DNA of 64,000 bases from Nostoc sp. Its GTDB lineage: Bacteria; Cyanobacteriota; Cyanobacteriia; Cyanobacteriales; Nostocaceae. Position numbers and translations under genes: made by a program. The stretch lies in assembly GCF_036917315.1 (NCBI RefSeq), contig NZ_JBALDR010000064.1, forward strand, positions 159,311 through 223,310, in the 5' to 3' direction. Below are positions 18,929-29,596 of this stretch, piece by piece. The stretch's first letter is position 1. Each line of letters opens with the position of its first letter. The notes under the pieces were generated by a model that did no database searches, was not told the DNA's origin, and saw nothing but the letters and a program-made list of their open reading frames with translations.

Positions 18929-20926
18929 TTAACGTCCCAACATTTTATCCCGCAGATGTTTAATGCGATCGCGCAATTTACCCGCCTCTTCAAATTCCAG
19001 TTTCTTTGCTGCCTCTTTCATCTGCGCTTCTAACAGAGTAATCAACCCTGGAATCTGTTCTAATGGCAGTTCATCCAGATGTTCATCTACAACTTTCAAG
19101 TCAGTTGCATTCAACCGCCGAGATACATCTAAAAAAGCCAAAATTGCATTACTTGATTTTTTTACAATTGGTTGCGGTGTAATTCCATGCAGTCGATTAT
19201 GTGCTGTTTGAATCCCACGCCGCCTATCTGTTTCATCAATAGCTTTAATCATGCTACCTGTCATGTTATCGGCATACAAAATCGCTTGTCCCTGGACGTG
19301 ACGCGCAGCTCTACCAATAGTTTGAATTAAGGAACGCTCGGTTCGCAAGAAACCTTCTTTATCTGCATCCATAATTGCTACTAAGGAAACTTCGGGTAAA
19401 TCCAAACCTTCCCGCAGCAAGTTCACACCAACTAAAACATCAAATTTACCTTCGCGCAAATTCTGCAAAATCTCAATGCGCTCAATAGAAGTAATCTCGG
19501 AATGTAAATACCGTACCCTGATACCGTGGTCTTGCAAATATTCGGTTAAATCTTCCGCCATCCGCTTGGTTAATGTGGTAATTAACACTCGCTCATGGCG
19601 ATCGGCTCTATCTTTAATTTCACCTAACAAATCATCAATTTGTCCTTCTGTGGGACGCACGGAAATTTCTGGATCGACCACCCCTGTTGGTCGAATCACT
19701 TGCTCAATTACATGGTCTTCAGAAACTTCTATTTCCCAATTTCCGGGAGTTGCTGAAACAAAAATACACTGATTCACCTTTTGCCAAAATTCCTCGGCTT
19801 TCAAAGGACGGTTATCAGCAGCGCTAGGAAGCCGAAATCCATGTTCAATTAAAACTTTTTTTCTCGCTTGATCGCCGTTATACATCCCGCGAATTTGGGG
19901 TACAGTAACGTGAGATTCATCAATAATTAATAGCCAATCCTTAGGAAAATAATCAATTAAACATTCTGGTGGATCTCCAGCTTGTCTTCCTGCTAAGTGA
20001 CGGGAATAGTTCTCGACACCGTTGCAGTAACCTACCTCGCGCAGCATTTCTAGGTCATAGCGTGTACGTTGATCTATGCGTTGCGCTTCTAATAATTTGC
20101 CAGCTTGTTCTAAGTCTAGTTTTTGCTGTTTTAACTCGGCTGCAATGTCATGACAAGCTACTTCTAATCGTTCTTCTGGGGTGACAAAGTGACGTGCAGG
20201 GTAGATATTTACCGCTTCCAAGCTTTTGAGAATTTCACCTGTCACTGGGTCAATATAGCGAATCGCATCTATTTCATCACCAAAGAATTCGACGCGAATA
20301 ATTCGGTCTTCATAAGCTGGGCCAATTTCTAACACATCACCCCGGACGCGAAATTTCCCTCGGCCCATTTCGATGTCGTTGCGGCTATATTGAACATTTG
20401 CCAAATCTCGTAAAATTTGGCGTTGATTTACTTCCATACCTATCTGAAGGGGGATGGCAGCTTTCAGATATTCCGCTGGCATTCCCAAACCGTAGATGCA
20501 ACTGATGGAAGCAACGACAATGACATCACGACGTTCAAACAGCGATCGCGTCGCTGAATGCCGCAACATATCTATTTCATCATTAATCGCTGCCGTTTTT
20601 TCAATATAAGTATCGGTGACGGGAATATACGCTTCTGGCTGATAGTAATCGTAGTAACTGACAAAATATTCGACTGCGTTGTTGGGGAAAAAATCCCGCA
20701 ACTCGTTACAAAGCTGTGCAGCCAGGGTTTTGTTATGCGCCAGAACTAAAGTAGGCTTGCCAATTTTTTCTATAACTGCTGCTACCGAAAATGTCTTACC
20801 AGTTCCAGTGGCTCCTAGTAAAGTTTGGTAACGATTGCCTGATTGGATACTAGTAGTTAGCTGTGCGATCGCTTGTGGTTGATCGCCTGTGGGACTAAAG
20901 GGAGCTTGAAGACAAAATTCTGTCAT
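18929..20926 (-). CDS. uvrB: Excinuclease ABC subunit B
   Basis: [33 protein letters not shown]-like motif, [11 protein letters not shown]-terminal UVR helix. Confidence 0.99.
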   Translation of the reverse strand: MTEFCLQAPFSPTGDQPQAIAQLTTSIQSGNRYQTLLGATGTGKTFSVAAVIEKIGKPTLVLAHNKTLAAQLCNELRDFFPNNAVEYFVSYYDYYQPEAYIPVTDTYIEKTAAINDEIDMLRHSATRSLFERRDVIVVASISCIYGLGMPAEYLKAAIPLQIGMEVNQRQILRDLANVQYSRNDIEMGRGKFRVRGDVLEIGPAYEDRIIRVEFFGDEIDAIRYIDPVTGEILKSLEAVNIYPARHFVTPEERLEVACHDIAAELKQQKLDLEQAGKLLEAQRIDQRTRYDLEMLREVGYCNGVENYSRHLAGRQAGDPPECLIDYFPKDWLLIIDESHVTVPQIRGMYNGDQARKKVLIEHGFRLPSAADNRPLKAEEFWQKVNQCIFVSATPGNWEIEVSEDHVIEQVIRPTGVVDPEISVRPTEGQIDDLLGEIKDRADRHERVLITTLTKRMAEDLTEYLQDHGIRVRYLHSEITSIERIEILQNLREGKFDVLVGVNLLREGLDLPEVSLVAIMDADKEGFLRTERSLIQTIGRAARHVQGQAILYADNMTGSMIKAIDETDRRRGIQTAHNRLHGITPQPIVKKSSNAILAFLDVSRRLNATDLKVVDEHLDELPLEQIPGLITLLEAQMKEAAKKLEFEEAGKLRDRIKHLRDKMLGR

Positions 20927-21179
20927 ACAGTTTTGCTGTAAATACCCTATCTCATGGTGAGGATTCCGCTCTGTATCTATTGTAGCTGGCTTATTAGAGC
21001 AAATAAATAGTAATAATTATTTACAAAATTTATTGCTTTAAAGTTACTTATGTATTAGTTTTAAAAATTCTTATATCTATATGAGGTTTTTTAAGGTTAA
21101 ACTCTAAGGTATATGGAAAAAAATTTCATCTTTCCTTAACTATTGTAAAATTCAGTTAACAAACTAGAGGTGTTCGTTT

Positions 21180-21632
21180 ATGACTATTAGCAACACTGGC
21201 AAAGCAACCAGTTCTCGGCAGAAGTATGCCAAGTCTACAGAGCAAGTTGAAAATCAACAAGACCAGAGCTTGAATGCAGATAAAGCCGAGGAAGTTAATG
21301 AACTGCCAGTAGGAGCTTCTGGAACACTCGCCATTTCTGGAATTCGTCCCATAGGCGCTAGCGACTTAGAAGTTGCTGAACACCTTTCAATTTCTGGGGT
21401 GCGTCCCGTTAGCACCAGTACGTTAGAAGTAGTTGAAACCTATAACTCAATGGGTATTCGTCCAATTGGCGCTAATACATTCCAAGTCGTTGAAAGTATC
21501 AACCTCTCTGGGATTCGTCCAATTTCCTCAAGTTCATTGGCAATTTCTGACAGTTATTCCACCTTCGGGAATCGTCCCATAGCACCAAATGAGATTGACA
21601 ATTCTGAAAGCCTAATGGGTTTTCTAGATTAG
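21180..21632 (+). CDS. Hypothetical protein with five 19-aa repeats (xGxRP[IV])
   Basis: SGIRPIG / SGVRPVS / MGIRPIG / SGIRPIS / FGNRPIA at exact 57-nt spacing from 21336; GAGG upstream; hairpin plus T-run downstream. Confidence 0.8.
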   Translation: MTISNTGKATSSRQKYAKSTEQVENQQDQSLNADKAEEVNELPVGASGTLAISGIRPIGASDLEVAEHLSISGVRPVSTSTLEVVETYNSMGIRPIGANTFQVVESINLSGIRPISSSSLAISDSYSTFGNRPIAPNEIDNSESLMGFLD

Positions 21633-21979
21633 ACAAAAAACATCCCCATAACTTTATTAACCCATTTTCTACAAGAAACTGGGTTTTTTATTTAAAAAGT
21701 AGATATTACCATCTTTACACTTTTTTCTATGTCTTTTAGCATAGGTAACTAAACTCGCCTGATTTTAATTTACATTAAGTCAACAGCCAGGATGCTTGGT
21801 ACAATTAGTTTTCTTAATTTTGAGTTTTGAGTTTTTAATTTTTAATTGTTTAATATGCCTTGTGGTAGAAGGCTTTAGCAAAAACTTTAAGTTACTGTGT
21901 AAAGGTAATAACAAAGAGTTTCAAAGTTAGTTTGTTTCTAGCTTTGAAATGAGTTTTTAATTTAATCAGGAGTATCAAA

Positions 21980-22162
21980 ATGAGCATAGAAGATCGCGCA
22001 AAGGCTGCTGCTAAAAATGTTGAAGGTAAAGCCCAAGAAGCTTTAGGAAACGTCACTGGAGATCCAGAAGATAAAGCCAAAGGTAAAGCAAAGCAAGCCG
22101 AAAGCGAAGTACGTCATGGAATTGAAGACGTGAAAGATAATGTCAAGAAAAATATTGACTAG
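21980..22162 (+). CDS. CsbD family stress protein
   Basis: MSIEDRAKAAAKNVEGKAQEALGNVTGD...GKAKQ. Confidence 0.92.
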   Translation: MSIEDRAKAAAKNVEGKAQEALGNVTGDPEDKAKGKAKQAESEVRHGIEDVKDNVKKNID

Positions 22163-22322
22163 TAATTCATAATTTTTTTGCAGAAACTCTAGGGATATAA
22201 ATGGGGTGGATTCCATTTTTGCAAGGAAAATTAAGAAATGCTAAATCTTCAATGCTATGTACCTTTATTCTGTTCTTAGCAAACGTTGAAAGATAAAGGG
22301 TTAGCTTGATTGACAGAAATTT

Positions 22323-22352
22323 TATAGAGACGTAATTAATTACGTCTCTATA
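22323..22352. repeat. Perfect 30-bp palindrome (REP-like TAGAGACG stem)
   Basis: tatagagacgtaatt|aattacgtctctata. Confidence 0.85.
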
Positions 22353-22837
22353 TTTATGCTTAATTTATTCTTATAATTATTAGAAAGCAATACAGTTCAG
22401 ACAAGCCCAAAAACCTGATGTAGAGACGCGATTTATCGTGTCTTTAAAGACCAATCACCCTTAACTAAACCCGATCGTATTCTAAAGTTAGAACTTACGC
22501 ACTCAGATACCCCAACTTTCTTTAAAGTAATTTTCTGCTGGCAATCTATGGAGTATGGTTTGATTGCTGACAATTCTGACTCATTTTCTCTGTATAGTAC
22601 ATTTGATTATCTCTCACTCAACTAAAAACCGCTAATATTCTGTTTAATCTCTGCTGCTGCACCAATACCTACCTTTTGAATGGCAATGTCTACGACGAGC
22701 CTAGCTAAGGTAAATTTGCCCAATCTGAACAATCATTTCAAATCTCAAAAATTGTAGTAATATACCACAGGCATTAACTATCTTCAGCTACATCTGATTG
22801 TTAGCGCTTTTAAATTCACAATCGATGAGAATATACC

Positions 22838-23476
22838 GTGAACCTAACTCTTTATTTCCTCCGTCACGGACAGACAGAATGCAGCCGCAATAATTCCTTT
22901 TGCGGTTCTATAAACTCAGAACTCACTCCAGAAGGGTTGGAGATGGCAAAGGCTTTTGCTGAGGCATATAGTTCTATGGATTGGAAAGCAATATTTTGTA
23001 GTCCAATGCAGCGAACTGTATTGACAGCAAAACCGTTGTATGAAGCAATAGGAATAGAACCACAACTCAGAGATGGTTTGAAGGAAATCAACTATGGCTT
23101 GTGGGAAGGAAAAACTCCAGAAGTAATTACGCGTGAATATCACGATGATTATATTCGCTGGTCAGCAGATCCCGCTTGGAATGCGCCTAATGGTGGAGAA
23201 ATGGCGGTTACAATTGCTTATCGTGCCTTGCAGGTAATTGAAGAAATCAAGCAAAATTACACTAGTGGTAATGTGTTAGTGGTTTCACACAAGGCAACTA
23301 TCAGAATTATTCTGTGTAGTTTACTAGGGGTTGATGTGGGACGCTTCCGTTTTCGTTTGGGATGCCCTGTTGCTTCGGTCAGTATTGTAGAATTTACCTC
23401 ACATGGCCCGTTATTAAAGGTTTTGGCAGATCATAGTCATTTGGATGAACGTTTGCGAAATTTACCAGGAACGTGA
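22838..23476 (+). CDS. Histidine phosphatase family protein
   Basis: LRHGQT, SPMQRT, LKEINYGLWEG, VVSHK. Confidence 0.93.
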   Translation: MNLTLYFLRHGQTECSRNNSFCGSINSELTPEGLEMAKAFAEAYSSMDWKAIFCSPMQRTVLTAKPLYEAIGIEPQLRDGLKEINYGLWEGKTPEVITREYHDDYIRWSADPAWNAPNGGEMAVTIAYRALQVIEEIKQNYTSGNVLVVSHKATIRIILCSLLGVDVGRFRFRLGCPVASVSIVEFTSHGPLLKVLADHSHLDERLRNLPGT

Positions 23477-23776
23477 GGGAGTTAGGAGTTATTATTTTTC
23501 CCTTGTTCTTGCTGACTTTCTGGCTCAGTGTATTTGCAGAGAACGTTTATTCCAATTTTGATAATATATAACACCACAATTGTTGTGATTAATACCAATT
23601 TCAGAAAAAAATAAAACAGATGCGTAGGTTGGGGAGCCACTCATGTGGGCGGGTTTCCCGACTTGAGTGAAGTGGCGTTTGAACGCAGTTAAACCCAACA
23701 ATTACAATACTTTGAGGTGTTGGTTCGAGGGACGAAACCCAACCTACATTCTATTTACTAGAATCTATATCTCTTA

Positions 23777-23983
23777 GAGGTTGTTTGAAAAGTGGTTGAC
23801 TGTGATTTTAAGCACTAACTGATCCCCCCTAGCCCCCCTTTTTAAGGGGGGAACCGGAATCAAAGTCTCCCTTTTTAAAGGGAGCCAGTGCGGTCTTGGG
23901 GGTTTCCCCCATGAGCAACTGGCGTGGATTTAGGGGGATCTAGAACGTTTTGCTACCAAGAAGAGGAATTTTCAAACAACGTC
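23777..23983. mobile_element. MITE with IS5/IS1031-like ends carrying a nested short repeat
   Basis: Left gaggttgtttgaaaa and right ttttcaaacaacgtc (14/15 inverted match); flanks tta/cta; internal CCCCCTTTTTAAGGGGG stems interrupted by gagccagtgcggtcttgggggtttcccccatgagcaactggcgt. Confidence 0.7.
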
Positions 23984-24060
23984 CTAGAAAATTACCTAGA
24001 GAGAATTTATTAGTTCTTGAATCAACGATCGCAGTTATAAGTGAATGTCTTGTCGTCACC

Positions 24061-24197
24061 AACATTACAACATTAAGCCTTAAGGTTACGACATTAAGAC
24101 TTAACGTTACGACATTAAGGCTTAACGTTACAACATTAATCACCAGCATTATAAGATTAAGGCTTAAGGTTACGACATTAAGCCTTAACATTACAAC
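24061..24197. repeat. 21-bp tandem minisatellite, 6.5 copies
   Basis: aacattacaacattaagcctt / aaggttacgacattaagactt / aacgttacgacattaaggctt / aacgttacaacattaatcacc / agcattataagattaaggctt / aaggttacgacattaagcctt / aacattacaac. Confidence 0.9.
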
Positions 24198-24328
24198 TTT
24201 TTGACAAAAGCTTATGCGATCGCTCTTTAGGGAAGTGCGCTCTGTGCGATCGCAACCAATGTTATACTAAGCTTTTAATTCAGTACAGATACAGCGATAA
24301 TTTACTCAAATCATCACCGAGTTATTTC

Positions 24329-25456
24329 ATGCTGCCAGTTATTGAAACTATTGTCTTACGTCAAATGGCTTCGGGCGATCGCCTCTACTTACAACTATAC
24401 AAATTCATCGGCGCTCAACCTGGTAAAAAGGTTTACATTCAATCTAATCTACACGGTGCAGAAATTGCTGGTAATGCCGCTATTCACCAGCTAATTGAGT
24501 TTTTATTAACAGTAAATGATACAGATTTAGCTGGAGAAATTTGGCTAGTTCCCGTTTGTAATCCAATGGGGACAAATGAACGCGCTCATCATTTTTCTCC
24601 TGGACGTTACTGCGTTTACGAAGCTAAAGACTGGAATCGCATATTTTGGGACTACGAGAAAGAAGCTGATGATTTAGTCGCTTTTGCTAAATCTCAACTT
24701 CATAGCGATCTAGAGGTCGTTCGACAAAATTATCTAACTATAATTAAGCAGCAATTTGCAAAAATTTTAGAGAAAATTAATTCTTCTGGTGGTGTTCCTT
24801 ACACTGAGCTTTTTGGTTACAAACTACAAAACTTGAGTTTAGATGCAGACTATTTAATTGATTTACATAGTTCTACCAATCAAGCATTAGACTACGTTTA
24901 TTACTTTCAAAATCGAGAAGACAGTGCCAAATACTTCTTACTCGATTTCGGAATCTTGCTTAATAAATATGATGGTGATGCTTTTGATGAAGCTTTTATC
25001 AAACCTTGGTTAGCACTAGAAGCTTGTTTTAAAGATTTGGGTAGAGATATCAAGTTTGATGTGGAAGCTTGGACACTGGAATTAGGAGCAGGAATGCAAA
25101 TGAACCCTGATTCAGTCGCTAAAGGTGTACGAGGTGTAAAAAGTTATTTAGCACAAAAAGGTATACTGCAAATTACTGATTTATCAGACAATACAAAAAC
25201 CCATGAAATGACTTTTGCATCTAGCAGCAACCGGAAAAAATATTATGCGATCGCAGGTGGGATGATTCAATCTAGAATAGCATTAGGCACTTCAGTAAAA
25301 GCTGGAGACAAACTCTATCAAATTCTCAGTTTTAATAAAGAAGGTAAGTTACCTAGTGTAATTGATGTCTGCGCTCAACAAGATGGATTAGTTTATGATG
25401 TTGCAACCAATCAAGCTGTGAATGAAGGCGAGTTTGTATTAGGAGTTATTAATTAG
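24329..25456 (+). CDS. Succinylglutamate desuccinylase/aspartoacylase (M14-like) family protein
   Basis: QSNLHGAEIAG, PVCNPMG, IDLHS, TLELG; biotinyl-like C-terminal domain. Confidence 0.9.
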   Translation: MLPVIETIVLRQMASGDRLYLQLYKFIGAQPGKKVYIQSNLHGAEIAGNAAIHQLIEFLLTVNDTDLAGEIWLVPVCNPMGTNERAHHFSPGRYCVYEAKDWNRIFWDYEKEADDLVAFAKSQLHSDLEVVRQNYLTIIKQQFAKILEKINSSGGVPYTELFGYKLQNLSLDADYLIDLHSSTNQALDYVYYFQNREDSAKYFLLDFGILLNKYDGDAFDEAFIKPWLALEACFKDLGRDIKFDVEAWTLELGAGMQMNPDSVAKGVRGVKSYLAQKGILQITDLSDNTKTHEMTFASSSNRKKYYAIAGGMIQSRIALGTSVKAGDKLYQILSFNKEGKLPSVIDVCAQQDGLVYDVATNQAVNEGEFVLGVIN

Positions 25457-25533
25457 GGCATGGGGTATTGGGCATAGATATTCATGTAATTGTCATCACA
25501 TACTAAACATGAAATTTTTTTTCCCTAAATCAT

Positions 25534-25620
25534 CACAAAGACGCGATAAATCGCCGTCTCTACAAAAAACTAATTATTGTAGAGACGGCGATTCATCGCG
25601 TCTCTTGCCTTAACCGAACA
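25534..25620. repeat. Pair of REP-like GTAGAGACG...CGTCTCTAC palindromes between convergent genes
   Basis: aaagacgcgataaatcgccgtctctac ... gtagagacggcgattcatcgcgtctct. Confidence 0.7.
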
Positions 25621-25629
25621 GTATTGAGT

Positions 25630-26727
25630 TTAGTCTCCTAAATAAATACTCATACCACGAGCGGTTTTAACTAAAGTCCCATTGGGATCGACAGCGCTAT
25701 ATTGAGCGATCGCTTCTGTAATTGGTACACTTAATACTTGGCGATTTTGCCAAGTCACCATGCGATCGTATTTATCTTCGGCAATCAGATTAACTGCTGC
25801 TACGCCAAAGGCGGTTGCAACTAATCTATCTAGTGGTGAAGCAGTTCCACCCCGTTGAATGTGTCCTAAAACTGTGACTCGCGTTTCTACACCGATGTGC
25901 TGAATAATTTCATCGGCTAAATATTCGCCAATTCCACCGTATCGAGATTGACCTAAGCGATTGGTAATCGTCACATTTTCGCCATCTTGAGTACGAACGG
26001 CTTCAGAAACAATAATCAAACAATAGTTTTTGCCTTTCTCTTGGCGTTCTTTGATTTTGTGGCAAATGTGTTCAACTGTATAAGGTATTTCGGGAATTAA
26101 AATTACATTTGCTCCCCCCGCAATTCCCGCAGCTATTGCTATGTGTCCAGCATCACGACCCATTACTTCCAAAATCATGACTCGGCTATGACTTGCAGCA
26201 GTAAAATGTAACCTATCTAATGCTTCCGTGGCAATATTTACTGCTGTATCAAAACCGATGGCATGTTCGGTTACGCCAATATCGTTATCAATGGTTTTGG
26301 GAATTCCTACTAAATTAATACCACCTTTTTGAGCGAGGCGACGCAAAATTGCCAAGCTACCATCGCCACCAACACCAATCAAAGCGTCTAAACCTAGTTC
26401 ATGATAACCTGCAATAATCTCTTCAGAGCGATCGCACAAACTTCCATCCGCCATTGGAAAAGCAAAAGGGTCGCCTTTATTGGTCGTCCCCAACATTGTG
26501 CCACCCGCAGTTAACAACGAGTCAACTTGATCGACTTCCAGCTTGGTGAATTGTGGCGGACGCGCCATTAATCCTAGAGTCGCTTGACGGATTCCCAAAA
26601 CCTCCCAGCCGTAAGTATTTACAGCACAATTTACTACAGCCCTAATCACAGCATTTAAGCCAGAACAATCACCTCCACTCGTCAGAATTCCTATGCGTTT
26701 GGGTTCTCCCACATTTTTTATTGACAT
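25630..26727 (-). CDS. pfkA: ATP-dependent 6-phosphofructokinase
   Basis: GILTSGGDCSGLN, GGDGS, GIPKTIDND, EVMGRDAG, TVLGHIQRGG. Confidence 0.97.
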   Translation of the reverse strand: MSIKNVGEPKRIGILTSGGDCSGLNAVIRAVVNCAVNTYGWEVLGIRQATLGLMARPPQFTKLEVDQVDSLLTAGGTMLGTTNKGDPFAFPMADGSLCDRSEEIIAGYHELGLDALIGVGGDGSLAILRRLAQKGGINLVGIPKTIDNDIGVTEHAIGFDTAVNIATEALDRLHFTAASHSRVMILEVMGRDAGHIAIAAGIAGGANVILIPEIPYTVEHICHKIKERQEKGKNYCLIIVSEAVRTQDGENVTITNRLGQSRYGGIGEYLADEIIQHIGVETRVTVLGHIQRGGTASPLDRLVATAFGVAAVNLIAEDKYDRMVTWQNRQVLSVPITEAIAQYSAVDPNGTLVKTARGMSIYLGD

Positions 26728-27141
26728 TTTGATCCAAATGTATATATTAATTAGTCGATGAAACTTAAGCCAAAGTTAGTATTAGATTAAACTTAAGCAA
26801 AAGTCTTCCCTATTAATGCCAAAGTAATTTTATGTTTCTTTTGTATCTAAAAACAAAACAAAGTCTAAAAGTTCAGCAACTCTTGAGCCAGAAGTCATAA
26901 TTTATGTGGGTTTAGTACGATCGCCGATGAAATGAGGTAAACTTAGAGTTTAATTTTTTTAATATTCTGACTACTGAATTCTGACTCCTGAATACTACAA
27001 CTAAGGTTATCTCAGCTGTAAAATATAAGTGTAGAGTCGGTAGTAGATTAAACCTCGGCAAAAGCAATCCCTAAAAATGCCAGGGTAATTTTATGCCTAT
27101 TTTGTGTCTAAGAAAAAACCAAGTTATCCCAGCTATAAAAT

Positions 27142-28116
27142 ATGAGGGTGGAGCCAAAGGTGACTAGTATTGAAAATTACAACTTCTCTTTTTCAGGAGA
27201 AGTAGCAATTCCCCAGGCTCCTCCTGAGTTTAAGTCAGGTTTTATCGGCATTGTTGGTCGTCCCAATGTCGGTAAATCTACTTTGATGAATCAGTTAGTA
27301 GGACAGAAAATTGCCATTACATCACCAGTAGCACAAACAACACGTAACCGTTTGCGCGGTGTATTAACTACACCAGAAGCGCAGTTAATATTTGTAGATA
27401 CGCCAGGAATTCATAAGCCCCATCATCAATTGGGCGAAGTCTTGGTGCAAAATGCCAAAATTGCCATTGAATCGGTGGATGTAGTGTTATTTGTGGTAGA
27501 TGGAGCGGTGGCTTGTGGATCGGGCGATCGCTATATTGCTGAATTGCTCAGTCGCAGCAAAACACCAGTAATTCTGGGTGTGAATAAAACCGATCAACAA
27601 CCGGCTGATTCGCAGTTTCTAGATGATAGTTACGCTCAGATGGCCCAGTCTCATGAATGGGAAATCGTGAAATTTTCTGCCAAGACTAGTACCGGATTAC
27701 CACAACTTCAAGAATTATTAATTGAGCATTTAGAAATTGGGCCATTATATTATCCTCCAGACTTGGTAACTGACCAGCCAGAACGCTTTATTATGGGTGA
27801 ATTAATCCGAGAACAAATTTTATTGTTGACTCGTGAAGAAGTACCCCATTCAGTTGCGATCGCCATTGATTTAGTAGAAGAAACTCCTAGCATTACCCGT
27901 GTACTTGCTACCATCAACGTCGAGCGTGATTCCCAAAAAGGCATACTCATCGGCAAAGGTGGAGCAATGCTCAAAGCAATTGGTAGTGAAGCCCGCGAAC
28001 AAATCCAAAAATTAATCGCTGGCAAAGTTTATCTCGAATTGTTTGTGAAAGTCCAGCCAAAATGGCGACAGTCGCGGATTAGTTTAGCAGAGTTAGGCTA
28101 TCGGGTGGAAGAATAA
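27142..28116 (+). CDS. era: GTPase Era
   Basis: GRPNVGKST, QTTR, DTPG, NKTD, EEVPHS, SQKGILIGKGG (KH domain). Confidence 0.98.
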   Translation: MRVEPKVTSIENYNFSFSGEVAIPQAPPEFKSGFIGIVGRPNVGKSTLMNQLVGQKIAITSPVAQTTRNRLRGVLTTPEAQLIFVDTPGIHKPHHQLGEVLVQNAKIAIESVDVVLFVVDGAVACGSGDRYIAELLSRSKTPVILGVNKTDQQPADSQFLDDSYAQMAQSHEWEIVKFSAKTSTGLPQLQELLIEHLEIGPLYYPPDLVTDQPERFIMGELIREQILLLTREEVPHSVAIAIDLVEETPSITRVLATINVERDSQKGILIGKGGAMLKAIGSEAREQIQKLIAGKVYLELFVKVQPKWRQSRISLAELGYRVEE

Positions 28117-28120
28117 TTAA

Positions 28121-28222
28121 TTGGTCATTTGTCATTAGTCACTGGTCATTAGTCATTGGCAAGCAGAAAAAGCAAAGGACAAAGGACTAATGACTAATGA
28201 CTAATGACAAAGGACAAATGAC
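28121..28222. repeat. STRR heptamer inverted array (TCATTAG / CTAATGA)
   Basis: ggtcatttgtcattagtcactggtcattagtcattgg ... ggactaatgactaatgactaatgacaaaggacaaatgac. Confidence 0.85.
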
Positions 28223-28237
28223 TCTTAATTAATAAAA

Positions 28238-28915
28238 ATGTCTTTAGATACTCACTATCCCTTAAATTTACCCGTCAATGCTCCGCCCTTGCGCGTGTTA
28301 ATTGTCGAGGACGATCCGATGATGCAACTGGGATTAGAGCAATCATTAATGGCTCATCCTCAGTTGGAGATTGTTGGACAAGCTGAAGATGGTTATCTGG
28401 GAGTTCAAGCCGCACTGCAACTGAAACCTGATTTGGTGGTTATGGATATTGGGTTGCCGCGATTGGATGGCATTGCTGCGACACAGCAAATTAAGGCGGC
28501 ATTGCCAGCAACTCATGTAGTAATGCTGACATCTCATCAAACGGAAACAGAAATTATTGCAGCCCTATCTAGCGGTGCAGATGCATATTGTATTAAAGGT
28601 GCAAGTGTGGAACGATTGTTAAGTGCGATCGCAGCCGCAGTTGATGGCGCAGCCTATCTCGATCCCCAAATTGCACGGCGAGTAATTGATAATCTCAAAC
28701 CGCCTTCACCCACCACAAACAACGCCAACTTATCTGGACGCGAGTTAGAAGTGTTAAAGCTGATGGTAGACGGGTTGAGTAATCCCGAAATTGCCGAAAA
28801 ACTCTATCTCAGTCCCAACACCATCAAAACTCACGTCCGGGGAATTATGAATAAATTAGCAGTGGACGATCGCGTGCAAGCAGCAGTTGTGGCACTGCGT
28901 TCCGGGTTGGTTTAG
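28238..28915 (+). CDS. NarL/LuxR family response regulator
   Basis: VLIVEDD, VVMDIGLP, YCIK; LSGRELEVLKL...NPEIAEKL...TIKTHV. Confidence 0.95.
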   Translation: MSLDTHYPLNLPVNAPPLRVLIVEDDPMMQLGLEQSLMAHPQLEIVGQAEDGYLGVQAALQLKPDLVVMDIGLPRLDGIAATQQIKAALPATHVVMLTSHQTETEIIAALSSGADAYCIKGASVERLLSAIAAAVDGAAYLDPQIARRVIDNLKPPSPTTNNANLSGRELEVLKLMVDGLSNPEIAEKLYLSPNTIKTHVRGIMNKLAVDDRVQAAVVALRSGLV

Positions 28916-28977
28916 AAAACAAATGCAACCCAATCCCCAATCCCTAATCCCCAGTCCCTTTTACTCCCATTTACAAG

Positions 28978-29007
28978 TAGAGGCGTACATATATATGTAC
29001 GCCTCTA
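28978..29007. repeat. Perfect 30-bp palindrome (REP-like TAGAGGCG stem), preceded by STRR CCCCAAT-type repeats
   Basis: tagaggcgtacatat|atatgtacgcctcta. Confidence 0.85.
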
Positions 29008-29061
29008 GAGCCAATTTATTTGTTGACGATTTTCTGGAAAAATAGTCTACCTCAATGCATT

Positions 29062-29229
29062 TTAGTTAAAAGAGTGTGAGAATTGATTAGGGTCAATATT
29101 AGCAGGAAATAACAAAATTTCCTTGCCTTCTAAACTTGCTTTTTGGTGAAGCAAAATTGCCTTTTCCAAAGAACAATATTTAATTGGAACCCATCTGTCG
29201 CTATAAAAGTAGACAGTTACTCGGCTCAT
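29062..29229 (-). CDS. Small hypothetical protein (55 aa)
   Basis: MSRVTVYFYSDRWVPIKYCSLEKAILLHQKASLEGKEILLFP...; plausible globular composition; start codon chosen by eye. Confidence 0.5.
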   Translation of the reverse strand: MSRVTVYFYSDRWVPIKYCSLEKAILLHQKASLEGKEILLFPANIDPNQFSHSFN

Positions 29230-29596
29230 TGCATACTCTTTCAACGGCAGTGGAAGAGACCAGGACGAGTCCAGAGTTTGAACCTTACCTGTTGAGTCCA
29301 TGCTTTGAACCTCAGTTATTAAGTATATTTACTTTCACTGATTGCAATGATTTAAAGGAACTATCATAAGTAATAACAATCTGTCTTAAAACTACATCTT
29401 TAGATAAAAGTTAGAATAATTAAAATTGATCTCACGACCTTGGCGCTAAATGCGATCGCTACTTCTGCTATCTCATCAGCAGTCATTACTCAGATCGCCA
29501 TTGTAAGAATAAGTAGGGATTTCATAGAAGAGTGCGATCGCATAACCTAGTTTTTTGACAGCTATTTTCAGCAAAAAAGCTGTAAGCTTTATGCAT

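Noticed and set aside
20930-21175. LexA box for uvrB
   Set aside because: No match to the cyanobacterial RGTAC-N4-GTWC pattern; agttacttatgtatt is too weak
24061-24197. Possible CRISPR array
   Set aside because: The units are contiguous with no unique spacers, and no cas genes are in the window
23940-24204. ORFs 23950-24204(+) and 23940-24191(-)
   Set aside because: They are open only because of the 21-bp repeat and run into the MITE end; no protein-family signal
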